A stretch of 64,000 nt of DNA from Candidatus Cloacimonadota bacterium (GCA_963667255.1 OY762940.1:1175702-1239701); one strand, 5' to 3'. Counted from the stretch's first letter, positions 37,626 to 48,816 are shown. Made by a program: numbers and translations. Notes: generated by a model from the letters alone, not told the origin.

Positions 37626-39603
37626 AAATGATGTTTTAGAAGCAATTTACAATGTTGATGGCTGTAACTTGCAAGAATTAAGTAAATTATGCAATATAAG
37701 TAAACATGAACGCAAAGACTTGCTCAAAATTCTTCGCAAATTAGAGAAAGACAAGTCAATATCTTATTCAAATAGCAAGTATGTTAAGGGTATAAACTCT
37801 GTTGAAACAGGAAGATTTGATGCTCTTGCTCTGATGAAAGGGCATCAGTTTGGCTTTGTTATTACTGAATCCGACCATATATTTGTAAACATTGAAGATA
37901 CTTTAGGTTTGTTTCATAACGACCTTGTTGAAGTGCAAGTTACAGGCATTAAGAAGAATGGGAAGGTTGGGAAAGTAATTAGGATTGTGGAAAGAGGCAG
38001 AAAGGTTTTGGTGGGAACTGTAGCTAAATTAGGCAATCAAGCGATGTTGACAGGCATAGGTGGTCATTTTCATAGGGATGCACAAATTATCAATCCGGAA
38101 ATTGCAAATTCTGGAGACAAAGTTGTTGCTTCCGTTAGTTTTTGGGGTGATTTGGAAGTTTACCCTCGGGTAAAAATAACGGAAGTTTTGGGTCGTAGCG
38201 GTGATATTCAGACGGAAATTTTATCTGTTATCTATTCTTACGAGTTGCCTCTTGAGTTTGATGATAAACTTGTGAAGGAAGCAGAAAAACTCAACGAGAG
38301 CTTTGATGTTGAAGATGATATGAAGGAGCGGAAAGATTTGCGGGAATTACACACCTTTACCATTGATCCTGCCAGTGCCAAAGATTTTGACGATGCCGTT
38401 TCCGTGCAAATCAATCATAATGGAGAATATGAACTTTTTGTGCACATCGCTGATGTTTCTCACTTCGTCAAACTGGGCTCTGCCCTATTTGAAGAGGCTC
38501 TATCACGGGGGAATTCCTACTATTTTCCCAAGAGAGTCATTCCAATGCTTCCGAAAATTATCTCCAATTCTTTATGCAGTTTGCGTCCTAACGAAGACAA
38601 ATATACAATTACCGTAAAAACTGTGCTCAATAAAAATTTTGAAATTTTGGAGCAAAGTGTTTTTAAATCGGTAATTTGTTCCAATGTGCGATTTAATTAT
38701 GAGCAAGTTGATGAAATTTTTGAAAAAGGGAATTTGGAAGAGATAACTAAGGAAGATAAAGATGCTTTGTTGTTGGCCGATAGGCTTTCCAAGGGTTATT
38801 TCAAAAAAAGAAAGACCTATATTCAATTTTCGTTGCCTGAGGCTGAATTTGAGTTTGATGAGGACGGTTTACCGATAAATATTTTTAGGTCTGAAGAGAC
38901 GGCTTCGCACAAACTGATTGAGAATTTTATGTTAATCGCTAATGAGTATGTGGCCAAATTTTTATCCTCAAAATCAAGCATTTATAGGGTTCATGAGCCT
39001 CCTGAATATGCTGATGTGCAAAAGGTAAAAAAAGAGCTTGAACAAAATAGCATTGAGGTCCCAGCATACAAAAATCCGACGGAATTTTATCAAAGAACAT
39101 TGAAAGTATTAGATTCCGATGATAAAAAGAGGACTTTCGAGCGAAAAATTTTGCGAAGTATGAAAAGAGCTGAATATAGTTTAACCAATTCACATCATTT
39201 TGGGATAGGAATCGATTTTTATACGCATTTCACTTCCCCCATCAGAAGAATTTGTGATTTGGGGATACATTTGTTGATAAAAAACGCAATTAATTCCGAA
39301 AAATTACTAAAAAAAATAGTCAACAATGCGAACGAGAAGGAACAAATTGCTACAAACGCTGAAAATGATGTGCAAAAGCTTTATTACTTGCAATTTATGA
39401 AGAAAAGATTGGGCAATGAATATACGGCTACTATCGTTGACATAAAAAGAAATGTAATCAAATTGGAATTGGTTAAATATCCTATTTTTGTTAAGGTTTT
39501 CAGTGAAAATAATGCGTTGCGAAATAAAAAAATTAAACTTACTCAAAGAAAATCGGTTAAAATTATTAAGGTAACCGATGAAATAGAAGTAAAAATTATT
39601 TAA
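37609..39603 (+). CDS. rnr: ribonuclease R / RNase II-family 3'-5' exoribonuclease
   Basis: N-terminal HTH and cold-shock-like region. RNB catalytic domain (DPASAKDFDDAVS...HIADVSHFV). C-terminal S1-like domain. Confidence 0.85.
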   Translation: MPMLNENDVLEAIYNVDGCNLQELSKLCNISKHERKDLLKILRKLEKDKSISYSNSKYVKGINSVETGRFDALALMKGHQFGFVITESDHIFVNIEDTLGLFHNDLVEVQVTGIKKNGKVGKVIRIVERGRKVLVGTVAKLGNQAMLTGIGGHFHRDAQIINPEIANSGDKVVASVSFWGDLEVYPRVKITEVLGRSGDIQTEILSVIYSYELPLEFDDKLVKEAEKLNESFDVEDDMKERKDLRELHTFTIDPASAKDFDDAVSVQINHNGEYELFVHIADVSHFVKLGSALFEEALSRGNSYYFPKRVIPMLPKIISNSLCSLRPNEDKYTITVKTVLNKNFEILEQSVFKSVICSNVRFNYEQVDEIFEKGNLEEITKEDKDALLLADRLSKGYFKKRKTYIQFSLPEAEFEFDEDGLPINIFRSEETASHKLIENFMLIANEYVAKFLSSKSSIYRVHEPPEYADVQKVKKELEQNSIEVPAYKNPTEFYQRTLKVLDSDDKKRTFERKILRSMKRAEYSLTNSHHFGIGIDFYTHFTSPIRRICDLGIHLLIKNAINSEKLLKKIVNNANEKEQIATNAENDVQKLYYLQFMKKRLGNEYTATIVDIKRNVIKLELVKYPIFVKVFSENNALRNKKIKLTQRKSVKIIKVTDEIEVKII

Positions 39604-39639
39604 AGCTATTTATTAGAAGTATTTAGACAACTTGCTTAT

Positions 39640-41445
39640 TTGCTGTATGTTATATTACGCAAGATAAAGTTAATTATTTTGGGAGAAGATATGAAAGTTA
39701 AAAAGAAACTCAAATATTTGGTTTGCTGTTTTGTTGTTCTTTTGGTTGGTTTATATTTTTCTAGGAATATAATTTTTGCTTACATATTTGAATTTGGAGC
39801 TGAATCGGTATTTGGAGCTAAAGCAGAAATTAAAAAGTGTAATCTGCAAATTTTTTCCGGCAAGTTGTCTTGGGAAGATTTTGAGGTTGCAGACAAAAAT
39901 AAGCCTATGAAAAATCTTTTCCAGACAGGATATGTAGAATTAGATTTTGGCTTGTCTGCCCTATTCAAAGGGCAATTTGTCTGTGAAAATGTTCTTATTG
40001 ATAGATTGGAATTTGGAACTAACAGAACAACTGATGGTAGTTTACCCAAGAAAGCGGATAAAAACGAAAAGTCAGCTTTTGCTGGGGCTGCTGTCAATTA
40101 TTTGGAGAATAAGAAAAAATCAATTCCTATCTTGGAATATCAATCTTTGAATGTAGATTCTATTTTGAGTGTGGCTAAATTTATTACTCCCGCGAAAGCA
40201 GATTCTTTGCGGAAAGAGATAGAAGATGCTAACGAATTTTGGACAAATGTGTTGGCTGATAAGGAATATAAGCAAAGAATAAACGGAATTAAGCAAAAAT
40301 TTGATGATTTGGATTTATCAAATCCCGATATAGATATCAAAGAGTTGGGTGTTTTATACAGGGAAAGCAGTGCTTTATACAAAGAGATTAAGGAGAATAA
40401 AGCTGAATTTGAAAAGCAAATTGCATTACTCAAGACGGCAAATGAGCTGAAAGATTGGGCTAAACAAGATTACGACAATGCTATGAAAATGGTAAAATTC
40501 CCTGATACGCAGGGTAAACAAATCGGAGAATTGCTGTTCGGTGATTTTGTTTATGATTTGATATTGAAGGGCGTTACAGCTATCAAAACAGTTAGAACTG
40601 CGTCTTCGGCAGAAAAAAAGAAAGAAAAGCAAAAATTGCGGTTTTGGTTGAAAGAAGCACAAATAAATTCAAGGCTAAATAACGGAATCACCATAAAAGG
40701 AAATATCAAAAATATTTCCAATGCCCAAAAGTTAACGGGAGAACCGACAATCATATCTCTTTCGCTAACTTCCGAAAAAATTGAATTTATCAAAATTGCG
40801 GGTGAACTCAACTATTTGAGCGACAAATCAACGGAAAGCTTTCTTGTTGATATGAAAGGTGTTGGGTTGAGTAACATAAAGTTAAATCAAGAAGTGTTGC
40901 CACCTAAAATTAAGTCATGCTCTCTAAATGGTAAAACATCGCTGAGGGTCGTTGGTGACGATATTTTGGTTGATAATTTTACAAATATTAATGATATTTT
41001 GTATTCATACGAATATGAAAAACCTGTATCCTCTCAAATGAAAGAGATAGCAGAAATAGTTGGAAGTTCTGCAAATGCCGTATGGGTAAAGGTTAATTGT
41101 GAATTTACTTCCGATAAAAATGTGAGTGAAATTAGCTCCAATCTCGATGAAATTGTAAAAAATGCTTTATACAAAAAGTTTTCCAAAGAAAGCAAAAAAT
41201 TGGAAGAAAAAATACGAAAAAAAATAGGTTTACAAAAAGAGCAAAAGGAATTAAGTTCACTATTCGAAAAGTTGGATAGTAGAGTGCAGTCTATCTTGTT
41301 TACATCAGAGCCGATTAGTGCCGAGGAAAAAGGCAAAAAAGAGAAAGAAATTAATGACAATTTAATAGAAAAAGGAAAGGAAATAATAGACAACAACGAG
41401 ATTAAAGATAAGGCTAAAGAGTTAATAAAAGGAATAAAATTTTGA
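39640..41445 (+). CDS. hypothetical membrane-anchored protein (AsmA-like / Lys-Glu-rich coiled-coil C-terminus)
   Basis: N-terminal TM (LVCCFVVLLVGLYF). Long low-complexity K/E-rich C-terminal region. No catalytic motif. Confidence 0.35.
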   Translation: MLYVILRKIKLIILGEDMKVKKKLKYLVCCFVVLLVGLYFSRNIIFAYIFEFGAESVFGAKAEIKKCNLQIFSGKLSWEDFEVADKNKPMKNLFQTGYVELDFGLSALFKGQFVCENVLIDRLEFGTNRTTDGSLPKKADKNEKSAFAGAAVNYLENKKKSIPILEYQSLNVDSILSVAKFITPAKADSLRKEIEDANEFWTNVLADKEYKQRINGIKQKFDDLDLSNPDIDIKELGVLYRESSALYKEIKENKAEFEKQIALLKTANELKDWAKQDYDNAMKMVKFPDTQGKQIGELLFGDFVYDLILKGVTAIKTVRTASSAEKKKEKQKLRFWLKEAQINSRLNNGITIKGNIKNISNAQKLTGEPTIISLSLTSEKIEFIKIAGELNYLSDKSTESFLVDMKGVGLSNIKLNQEVLPPKIKSCSLNGKTSLRVVGDDILVDNFTNINDILYSYEYEKPVSSQMKEIAEIVGSSANAVWVKVNCEFTSDKNVSEISSNLDEIVKNALYKKFSKESKKLEEKIRKKIGLQKEQKELSSLFEKLDSRVQSILFTSEPISAEEKGKKEKEINDNLIEKGKEIIDNNEIKDKAKELIKGIKF

Positions 41446-42371
41446 GAAAATTACTACTTCTCACTATAACTTTTTTTTGTGCTGTTCTTTTTGCGGATGA
41501 GATAAAAAACCTGACTGATAATTTGCAGGACGAGAAATCATCTTTTTGGGATTCGTTGCAAAAAAAGCAACCGGAAAAGGATACCGAGCGGTTTTTGGTC
41601 TTGGCGAATGTCTATTTTGATATGGGGCATTACTACTCTGCAAGGAAGTATTATAAGCTCTATTTTCAAAAAGGTGATGACCATAAGGCTAAGTTTAAGA
41701 TGGCTTTGTGTGACTTTTATATAGCAGGCGGGAAAAACAAAATCACTTTTGTGAAAAGTTTTGTTAGTGACAATCCGGATAACCTTTTGAACAAATATTT
41801 AATTTTAGAAATGGGGAAATATTATTTAGAAAATAAACAGTATTGGGATGCCTGCAAAGTGTTGGAGAACAACAATCCTCATTTCCCCTATTTAAATTAT
41901 TTCAGAGCTGTTGCGTTTAAGAATTTGGATAAGCCATCCAGCAGTGCTTATCTTTTTGGCTTGGTTATCAAAAATGCCAACACTTCCAAAGTGTTATTGA
42001 AAAATGCGACAGATTTGTATATGGAAGAGATTGCCAAATTGCCTTGGCAGAGAGCAGCCAGCAGAACGAGCAGAGTGATTATGTTTATGCCGTATAGCGA
42101 AAATAAGGTGGAGTTGCTTCTGTTTTTGGCCGGAATTTATGATAAAAATTACTTTTATGCTCAATCGAACGAAATCTATTACGATTTGATTAATACCGAA
42201 AAAATGTATAAGTTATATAAGTTTACCATCAACAATAATGTGGAGTCGAAGAATTACAAAAAGGCTTTACAGGACATTGATACATATTTGGAGCTTTTGG
42301 GTGAATCCAAAGAGAAAAAGGGAATTCTAAAGATAAAAAGCGAGATTGAGGACTTGACCAAGAGTGAATGA
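41442..42371 (+). CDS. hypothetical secreted TPR-like repeat protein
   Basis: Signal peptide MRKLLLLTITFFCAVLFA. Helical-repeat-like composition. Translationally coupled to neighbours. Confidence 0.4.
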   Translation: MRKLLLLTITFFCAVLFADEIKNLTDNLQDEKSSFWDSLQKKQPEKDTERFLVLANVYFDMGHYYSARKYYKLYFQKGDDHKAKFKMALCDFYIAGGKNKITFVKSFVSDNPDNLLNKYLILEMGKYYLENKQYWDACKVLENNNPHFPYLNYFRAVAFKNLDKPSSSAYLFGLVIKNANTSKVLLKNATDLYMEEIAKLPWQRAASRTSRVIMFMPYSENKVELLLFLAGIYDKNYFYAQSNEIYYDLINTEKMYKLYKFTINNNVESKNYKKALQDIDTYLELLGESKEKKGILKIKSEIEDLTKSE

Positions 42372-44067
42372 TATTTATTCTAAGGTGCTTGACCGTGTTG
42401 ATATTGTCGATGTTGTTAGCAAATATTTGCCTCTAAAAAAAAATGGCTCCAATTACAAAGCGTGTTGCCCTTTTCATCAGGAAAATACACCTTCGTTCGT
42501 TGTAAGTCAGACAAAACAGATTTTCAAATGTTTTGGTTGCGGTGTCGCCGGAAATGCAGTCAGTTTTGTCAAAGAATACGAAAAAATCTCTTATTATGAA
42601 GCTGCTCTCAAGCTGGCACAGCAATATGGGATTAAGGTAAATGTTGATAAGTTTTCTCGACAAAAAGAGTCTAAGACGAGTTTAATTTTACAAATTTATT
42701 CGTTAGCAAAAGATTTTTATCGCGAAAATCTTTCTTTGCATGGGAAAATGGCTGTCGAATATTTAAAGAGCAGAAGTATTTCCGAAAACACAATCAAAAC
42801 TTTTGAGTTAGGATTTTCACTAAACTCGCAAACCGCTTTATACAATTACCTGCGAAAAAACAATGTGAACAAAGATATCTTGTTGGAATCAGGTATAGTT
42901 AAGTCCAATAATAAAGGTTATTACGATTTATTTTCCAATAGAGTGGTCTTCCCTATCGTTTCTTCGACCGGTGTTACCGTTGCGTTTGGAGCTCGGGCGA
43001 TGGATAATGCGATGCCCAAATACATAAACTCTCCGACCACCGCTGTTTACCAAAAAAGCAAGGAGTTATACGGTTTCTACATTACTAAGCATGAGATAGC
43101 GAAACTTGACAAGGTGATAATTTGCGAAGGTTATTTGGATTTTTTGCGACTATATGAAAATGGTTATCACAATGCTGTGGCATCTTTGGGAACTTCTCTG
43201 ACCGATGAGCAGGTCTCTTTGCTCAGGAGATATTGCAAGAATTTTTACATCCTCTATGACGGCGATGATGCGGGATTAAAGGCGACTTTGCGTGCTGCTT
43301 CCAAAGTGCTTTCTCAATCAGGGGAAGCAAAAATTGTTCGTTTGCCTACGGGAGAAGACCCCGACAGCTTTTTGCTCAAAAAAGGCAAAGAGTCTTTGGA
43401 TGGATTACTCGAGAACTCCCCTACTTATCTGCAATATTTGAAAGACAGTTTGGAGCTGTCGGAAGCGATGGAGGTTCTTTTGGAGGTTGCTGGCTCTATC
43501 ATCAACCAATTGGACAGATTTGTTTTTATCAAAAAAGTTTCGGAAATGTTTGGAGTTGAGGAGTCTGTTTTTTCCTCTCAAGTAAAAACCAAAAAAGTTT
43601 ATTTTGAAAAAGACAATAATGCAAGTAAAAATCAGCTTGAAGGCTTGGAAGAAAGGTTGCTCTTGATGGTGTGTATGTCCGAGAAAAGCAAACTACAAGC
43701 TATGGTTTCGGCGTTGTCCTCGACCGATTTTTTGGTTTCTGAGTATAGAAATATCTTTGAAGAGTTGGTGACAGCGAGTGCAGATGAGACTCTCAATCTC
43801 AATGCTTTAGCTTGTCAGAGCAAATTCCCGCAGATATTTAACGAGCTTATTGTGGAGAGTGAGCAAGGAAAGAGCGTGGATTTCGAACAAGTTCTCAACG
43901 GTTTTCGGATAAAAAAAGAGGTCAATGCAATAAAAGATTTGGACGAAAAGCTCGTCAGCCATTTGAATAGCGAAACCGATAACTCTCTAATGCAAGAGAT
44001 TTTGACGCAAAAAAAGAATGCAAAACAGAGATTGGTTGATCTTGGATATAACAAAACTAAAATTTAA
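42364..44067 (+). CDS. dnaG: DNA primase
   Basis: CHC2 zinc finger (CCPFHQENTPSF...CFGCG). Toprim domain (EGYLDFL...YDGDDAG). Confidence 0.9.
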   Translation: MNDIYSKVLDRVDIVDVVSKYLPLKKNGSNYKACCPFHQENTPSFVVSQTKQIFKCFGCGVAGNAVSFVKEYEKISYYEAALKLAQQYGIKVNVDKFSRQKESKTSLILQIYSLAKDFYRENLSLHGKMAVEYLKSRSISENTIKTFELGFSLNSQTALYNYLRKNNVNKDILLESGIVKSNNKGYYDLFSNRVVFPIVSSTGVTVAFGARAMDNAMPKYINSPTTAVYQKSKELYGFYITKHEIAKLDKVIICEGYLDFLRLYENGYHNAVASLGTSLTDEQVSLLRRYCKNFYILYDGDDAGLKATLRAASKVLSQSGEAKIVRLPTGEDPDSFLLKKGKESLDGLLENSPTYLQYLKDSLELSEAMEVLLEVAGSIINQLDRFVFIKKVSEMFGVEESVFSSQVKTKKVYFEKDNNASKNQLEGLEERLLLMVCMSEKSKLQAMVSALSSTDFLVSEYRNIFEELVTASADETLNLNALACQSKFPQIFNELIVESEQGKSVDFEQVLNGFRIKKEVNAIKDLDEKLVSHLNSETDNSLMQEILTQKKNAKQRLVDLGYNKTKI

Positions 44068-44085
44068 GGATATCGACCAAATAAA

Positions 44086-44694
44086 GTGAAAGAAATTTTA
44101 ATAACTCTTTATAATTCAAATGTTTTTGACTATTTCATCTTGCCTCTATTTATTTTTTTGGCGAAAATAACGGAAGTCTCTATTGGAACATTGAGAATTA
44201 TTTTTGTATCCAAAAACAATAAACTTTTATCTGGAATTACTGGCTTTTTTGAGGCTTTGATTTGGCTTATTGTTATAGCAAAAATCTTTGAAAATGTTAG
44301 TAATGTTTACAGTTATTTGGCGTATGCTACGGGATTTGCTGCCGGCGTAGTTGTGGGAGTGATGGTCGAAGAAAAGCTTGCCATGGGGACTGTGCTGGTA
44401 AGGATTATAACGCAAAAAGAAGCGGATTTATTAATCGATTACTTCAAGGAAAGCAATTTTAGAATAACTTATTTTGAGGCAATATCTAATAAGGACGAAA
44501 AATCAAACATCATCTATGTTGTTGCTAATAGGATAGATATAGGGTTTTTGGTTAAGAAGATAAAGACACTAAATCCCAAAGCTTTTTACACAATTGAGGA
44601 TATAAAATTCGTGAGCGAAAAATTGGTCAAACACCACTTCATTTTTAATAAAGTTTTTAAAAGAAACTCGCTAAAGTTTTTCAAGAAGAAATAG
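44086..44694 (+). CDS. DUF2179/YitT-like membrane protein
   Basis: Three TM helices followed by a soluble C-terminal domain (RIITQKEADLLIDYFKESNFRITYFEAIS). Confidence 0.45.
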   Translation: MKEILITLYNSNVFDYFILPLFIFLAKITEVSIGTLRIIFVSKNNKLLSGITGFFEALIWLIVIAKIFENVSNVYSYLAYATGFAAGVVVGVMVEEKLAMGTVLVRIITQKEADLLIDYFKESNFRITYFEAISNKDEKSNIIYVVANRIDIGFLVKKIKTLNPKAFYTIEDIKFVSEKLVKHHFIFNKVFKRNSLKFFKKK

Positions 44695-44705
44695 GGCGGA
44701 AAAAA

Positions 44706-45362
44706 ATGAAAAAAATTATTATTGTAGTTGGAGCTTATGGTAGCGGGAAAAGTGAATATTCTGCCAATTTAGCATATAGAGAAGGGAAATCGGTTATTGT
44801 TGATTTGGATATAATGAATCCTTACTTTAGAACTAGAGAATTAACGGAAAGATTTGCTGCCATTGGGATTGAAGTTGTTGCTCCCGAAGGTTCATTTCGC
44901 CATACTGAACTTCCCATGCTTTCACCGAGAATACAAGCAAAAATCGAAGAAAAAGATAAGATGATTATAATGGACATTGGTGGAGACCCTTTAGGGATGA
45001 AAGTGCTCGGACGCTACAAAAAAAATCTCACTAATAGAGGTTACGATCTCAGGATGGTTGTTAACACCAAGCGTCCTCAAACCTCTTCTGTAAAAGCAGT
45101 CTTAGAGATGTTTGATGAATTTGAATACTATTCTAAAATGAAAATAACAACTTTGGTTTCCAATACAAATTTGATGGAGTATACTAATTTGGAAGTTGTC
45201 ACAGAAGGAGTAAGAATTGTTTCGGAAGTTGCCAAAATGAAAGGTGTAGATTTCTTTGAATACTGTGTCTTAAAAAAGAATTGCAGGGGCATTCCAGATA
45301 AAATTGGTGAACAAAATATTTTTATAATGGATTATTTTTTGGGCAAGCCTTGGGAAAGATGA
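44706..45362 (+). CDS. uncharacterised P-loop NTPase
   Basis: Walker A GAYGSGKSE at the N-terminus. Putative Walker B region IIMDIGGDP. Family unclear. Confidence 0.4.
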   Translation: MKKIIIVVGAYGSGKSEYSANLAYREGKSVIVDLDIMNPYFRTRELTERFAAIGIEVVAPEGSFRHTELPMLSPRIQAKIEEKDKMIIMDIGGDPLGMKVLGRYKKNLTNRGYDLRMVVNTKRPQTSSVKAVLEMFDEFEYYSKMKITTLVSNTNLMEYTNLEVVTEGVRIVSEVAKMKGVDFFEYCVLKKNCRGIPDKIGEQNIFIMDYFLGKPWER

Positions 45363-46552
45363 ACTTACCTTTTTTTTTCTCGTTAAGATACTTAAAAGGG
45401 AAAAGTAGATTTCCAATCAGTTTATGGTCGCTATTGAGTTGTGTGGGGATTTTCTTCGGAGTGTTTTCGATTTTGGTCTCTTCCGCCTTCATGGACGGAC
45501 TCAAGCAAGTAATGATGGATTCGTTGCTACAAAGCAGAGCACATATCACTATCAAAAGCAACGCAAATCAAGTTTTTGAGCAAAACTTTATAGAAGAATT
45601 GCAAAACGATAACGACATCCAATTTTTTTCTTTTGTAATTCGCACCCAAGGCGTCATAAAGGTAGGAAATAAGTTTCAAGGAGTGCAAATTCAAGGAATT
45701 GATTTTGCTAAACATAGAAAAATTTTGCCTTATCTAAATTCTCTATCAATAACCAAGTTGTCTGACAATCAAATTGTTCTCGGAAATACTCTTAAAACTC
45801 GTTTGAATATTTTTGACGGAACTCCGATTTACTTTTATTCGTTGCAACACACTCAAATTACAGCATTTGGAACATTGCCTGCGATTTATAAATTTAGCTT
45901 GTCAGATGAGTATTTCTGTGATGACAAAGTTTCGGAAGGCAATTTAGTGTTTGTTAACTTATCTACAGCTCAAAGGATTGCAGGCAAAAAGCGTGCAAAA
46001 TCTTTGGAAATTCATCTGAAGAGTCCGGATAACGCTGAAGTTGTGGCGGAGAGGTTGCAAGCGAAGTTAGGAGAAGGATTTACGGTGAGCGGTTGGTATC
46101 AGGAAGATAAAACTATTTACAATTCATTGAAGATAGAAAGTATTGCTCTCAACTTGGTTCTTTTCTTGATAGTTATTTTGGCGATTTTTAATATGAGTGG
46201 TAATTTTTTGCGGTTGGTGAGCGAAAAGAGCGGAGAGATAGGCATTTTGAAATCGATGGGACTTCAGCAATCGCAAATAAAGAAGATTTTCATCTATTGC
46301 GGACTATTGATAGCCGGCATTGGAGTTGTGGTTGGTATTTTGGTTGCCTATGTTTTCTTGCATCTGCAATACAATTATCATCTAATAAAAATTCCTATTC
46401 AAGGATTGGGTTTTGACTATTTGCCTGTAGAGATTTCGTATGTTAACGGAGTTTTTATCTTTTGTGCGGTAATACTGTCCAGCCTGTTTTTTAGTTATTA
46501 TCCGTGCCAAAAATTGAAAAAGATTGAACCGATTAAAGTGATAAAAGGATGA
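45350..46552 (+). CDS. FtsX-family ABC transporter permease (LolC/E- or MacB-like)
   Basis: N-terminal TM, large periplasmic domain, and C-terminal three TM helices typical of FtsX/LolE permeases. 400 aa. Confidence 0.7.
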   Translation: MGKMNLPFFFSLRYLKGKSRFPISLWSLLSCVGIFFGVFSILVSSAFMDGLKQVMMDSLLQSRAHITIKSNANQVFEQNFIEELQNDNDIQFFSFVIRTQGVIKVGNKFQGVQIQGIDFAKHRKILPYLNSLSITKLSDNQIVLGNTLKTRLNIFDGTPIYFYSLQHTQITAFGTLPAIYKFSLSDEYFCDDKVSEGNLVFVNLSTAQRIAGKKRAKSLEIHLKSPDNAEVVAERLQAKLGEGFTVSGWYQEDKTIYNSLKIESIALNLVLFLIVILAIFNMSGNFLRLVSEKSGEIGILKSMGLQQSQIKKIFIYCGLLIAGIGVVVGILVAYVFLHLQYNYHLIKIPIQGLGFDYLPVEISYVNGVFIFCAVILSSLFFSYYPCQKLKKIEPIKVIKG

Positions 46553-47523
46553 AGAATTTGAGACACAAGAAAAGAAAATTACTGTTTTTATTCGCTCTGA
46601 TTGTTTTGCTAACGGCTTTTTGGATGCCCGATTCGTCTTCGCACAAGATTAAATACATAGAGCGAAGCTCCGACAAAGTAAAAGTAGAAGAGGTTGCCGG
46701 CGAAAAATGGCTGATTTGGCTATACAATAACCCAGTCGGGAGGCTATCTACAAAAGCTATCGTTAAACGAAAATTTGTTTCCGGCTGGTATGGCAAGATG
46801 ATGGACAGTCCGAAATCGCAAGAAAAAATTTCCTCTTTCATTTCCACTTATGACATCGACACCTCGATAGCAATAATGGAAGATTTTTCCAATTTCAACG
46901 AGTTTTTTATCAGAAAATTGAAAAAATCCGCTCGCCCGATTGATGCGATGGAAAATTCCGTTGCTTCTCCGGCTGATGGCAAAGTGTTGGCTTGGGAAAA
47001 TCTGGACGAAAGCGATTTTATCGTCAAAGGTTACAAATTTAATCTCAGCGAATATTTGCAGGATGATGAACTTGCCAAAAAGTTTGCAGGTGGCTCAATG
47101 ATGCTTTTCCGCCTTTGCCCTACCGACTATCATCGCTTTCATTTTCCTGTGAGTGGAGTTGTCGAAGAGAACAAGAAAATTGACGGGGATTACTATTCTG
47201 TATCCCCTATTGCCATAAAAAAAATCGTCGAGCTTTTTTGTTTAAACAAAAGAGAGTTGACATTAATCGGGACAAAAGATTTTGGAGACATTATCATGAG
47301 TGAGATTGGTGCCACGATGGTTGGGAGCATCATCAACACTTATGTCGGCGACACTGTTGCCAAAGGTCAAGAAAAAGGCTACTTCAAATTTGGCGGTTCT
47401 TCAGTTTTGCTTATATTTGAAAAAGGCAAAGTTACTATTGACCGAGATATTTTGGAGAATACCAAAAAAGGCTTTGAGACGAAAATTTTTATGGGAGAAA
47501 GAGTAGCTATTGGCAAAGAATAG
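46549..47523 (+). CDS. psd: phosphatidylserine decarboxylase proenzyme
   Basis: FFIRKL...SPADGKV, LCPTDYHRFHFPVSG and the C-terminal GGSS self-cleavage motif (FKFGGSSVL). Confidence 0.8.
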   Translation: MKNLRHKKRKLLFLFALIVLLTAFWMPDSSSHKIKYIERSSDKVKVEEVAGEKWLIWLYNNPVGRLSTKAIVKRKFVSGWYGKMMDSPKSQEKISSFISTYDIDTSIAIMEDFSNFNEFFIRKLKKSARPIDAMENSVASPADGKVLAWENLDESDFIVKGYKFNLSEYLQDDELAKKFAGGSMMLFRLCPTDYHRFHFPVSGVVEENKKIDGDYYSVSPIAIKKIVELFCLNKRELTLIGTKDFGDIIMSEIGATMVGSIINTYVGDTVAKGQEKGYFKFGGSSVLLIFEKGKVTIDRDILENTKKGFETKIFMGERVAIGKE

Positions 47524-47529
47524 CAATTT

Positions 47530-48798
47530 ATGGAGAGAAAGATGAATTTTGATCAAATTAGCAGAGAGAGTGAGTTTTACGGCAACACTTCCGCCGTGGA
47601 ATTGATAGAGAAGTATGGTTCGCCATTGTATGTATATAATGAGAATATTCTGAAAAAACGCTGTCGTGAGATGATGAATCTTGTCAGATATCCGAAGTTT
47701 AAGGTGCATTATTCGGTCAAAGCTAACTCCAACTTGGAGTTAATGAAGATAATCCGCAACGAAGGTCTGTATGTAGATGCGATGTCCCCTGGGGAGATGT
47801 ATGCGGAGCTAAAAGTCGGATTTAAGCCTGAGCAGATTTTGTTTATTTGCAATAATGTGTCCGCTGAAGAGATGAGATTTGCCATAGACAGAGATATCAG
47901 AGTCAGCGTTGATTCCTTGTCTCAACTGGATTTGTATGGACAATTAAATCCCGGTGGAGATGTTTTTGTGAGGATTAATCCTGGAATTGGTGTTGGTCAC
48001 AGCGAAAATGTGATTACCGGTGGCAAGAAAACCAAATTTGGTATAGAGATGAAATCTATCCCCGAGCTCAAAAATATTTTGGCAAAGCATAAACTCAATC
48101 TTATCGGCATCAATCAACACCTCGGTAGCCATTTTATGAGTTGGTTCGAGTATATCAACTCCGTGAATGTTGTTTTGAGGATTGCCCGAGAGTTTGAGGA
48201 TTTGCAGATTATAGATTTGGGTGGTGGCTTTGGTGTGCCCTATCACAAGCAAGACAACGAACAAAGGCTCAATCTTTCCGAACTTGGCAGTGAGCTTAAC
48301 GCTCGACTTTTGCAATGGGCTAACGAATATAATAGAGAAATCGAGTTTCGTGTAGAACCTGGTCGTTATATCGTGGCGGAATGCGGTATTCTGCTTGGCA
48401 CAGTGTTTACCAAAAAAGAGAACGATTATCGGAAATACATCGGGACAAATCTTGGCTTTAACCAATTCAAAAGGAAAGTGATGTATGATTCATATCACGA
48501 TATTGAAATTTATCGCAAAAGCGAAGACATCGACCTCAATGACAGAGAAAAAGTGATTATCGTCGGCGATATCTGTGAATCGGGAGATATCATAGCTTCC
48601 GACCGCTATTTGCCGAAAATCGAAGAAGGCGATATTCTTGGCGTGATGGATGCCGGAGCCTACGGCTTCAGTATGGCATGCAACTACAACAATAGATTGC
48701 GACCAGCTGAGGTTCTCATCGATTCCGAGGGTAATGACAGATTGATAAGAAGACGCGAAACATTTGAAGATTTGATGGCGTGCTTTGTGGAAGAGTAA
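47530..48798 (+). CDS. lysA: diaminopimelate decarboxylase
   Basis: Fold-III PLP decarboxylase. PLP-lysine context (YSVKANSN). GGGFGVPY. C-terminal EPGRYIVAE and CESGD motifs. Confidence 0.85.
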   Translation: MERKMNFDQISRESEFYGNTSAVELIEKYGSPLYVYNENILKKRCREMMNLVRYPKFKVHYSVKANSNLELMKIIRNEGLYVDAMSPGEMYAELKVGFKPEQILFICNNVSAEEMRFAIDRDIRVSVDSLSQLDLYGQLNPGGDVFVRINPGIGVGHSENVITGGKKTKFGIEMKSIPELKNILAKHKLNLIGINQHLGSHFMSWFEYINSVNVVLRIAREFEDLQIIDLGGGFGVPYHKQDNEQRLNLSELGSELNARLLQWANEYNREIEFRVEPGRYIVAECGILLGTVFTKKENDYRKYIGTNLGFNQFKRKVMYDSYHDIEIYRKSEDIDLNDREKVIIVGDICESGDIIASDRYLPKIEEGDILGVMDAGAYGFSMACNYNNRLRPAEVLIDSEGNDRLIRRRETFEDLMACFVEE

Positions 48799-48816
48799 AA
48801 TAGCTGATTAATTTTT

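Noticed and set aside
44706-45362. Assigning the P-loop protein to a specific family (GPN-loop GTPase, MinD/ParA, CooC).
   Set aside because: Only Walker A (GAYGSGKS) is clear. The diagnostic GPN or deviant Walker A (KGGxxK) motifs are absent. Kept generic.
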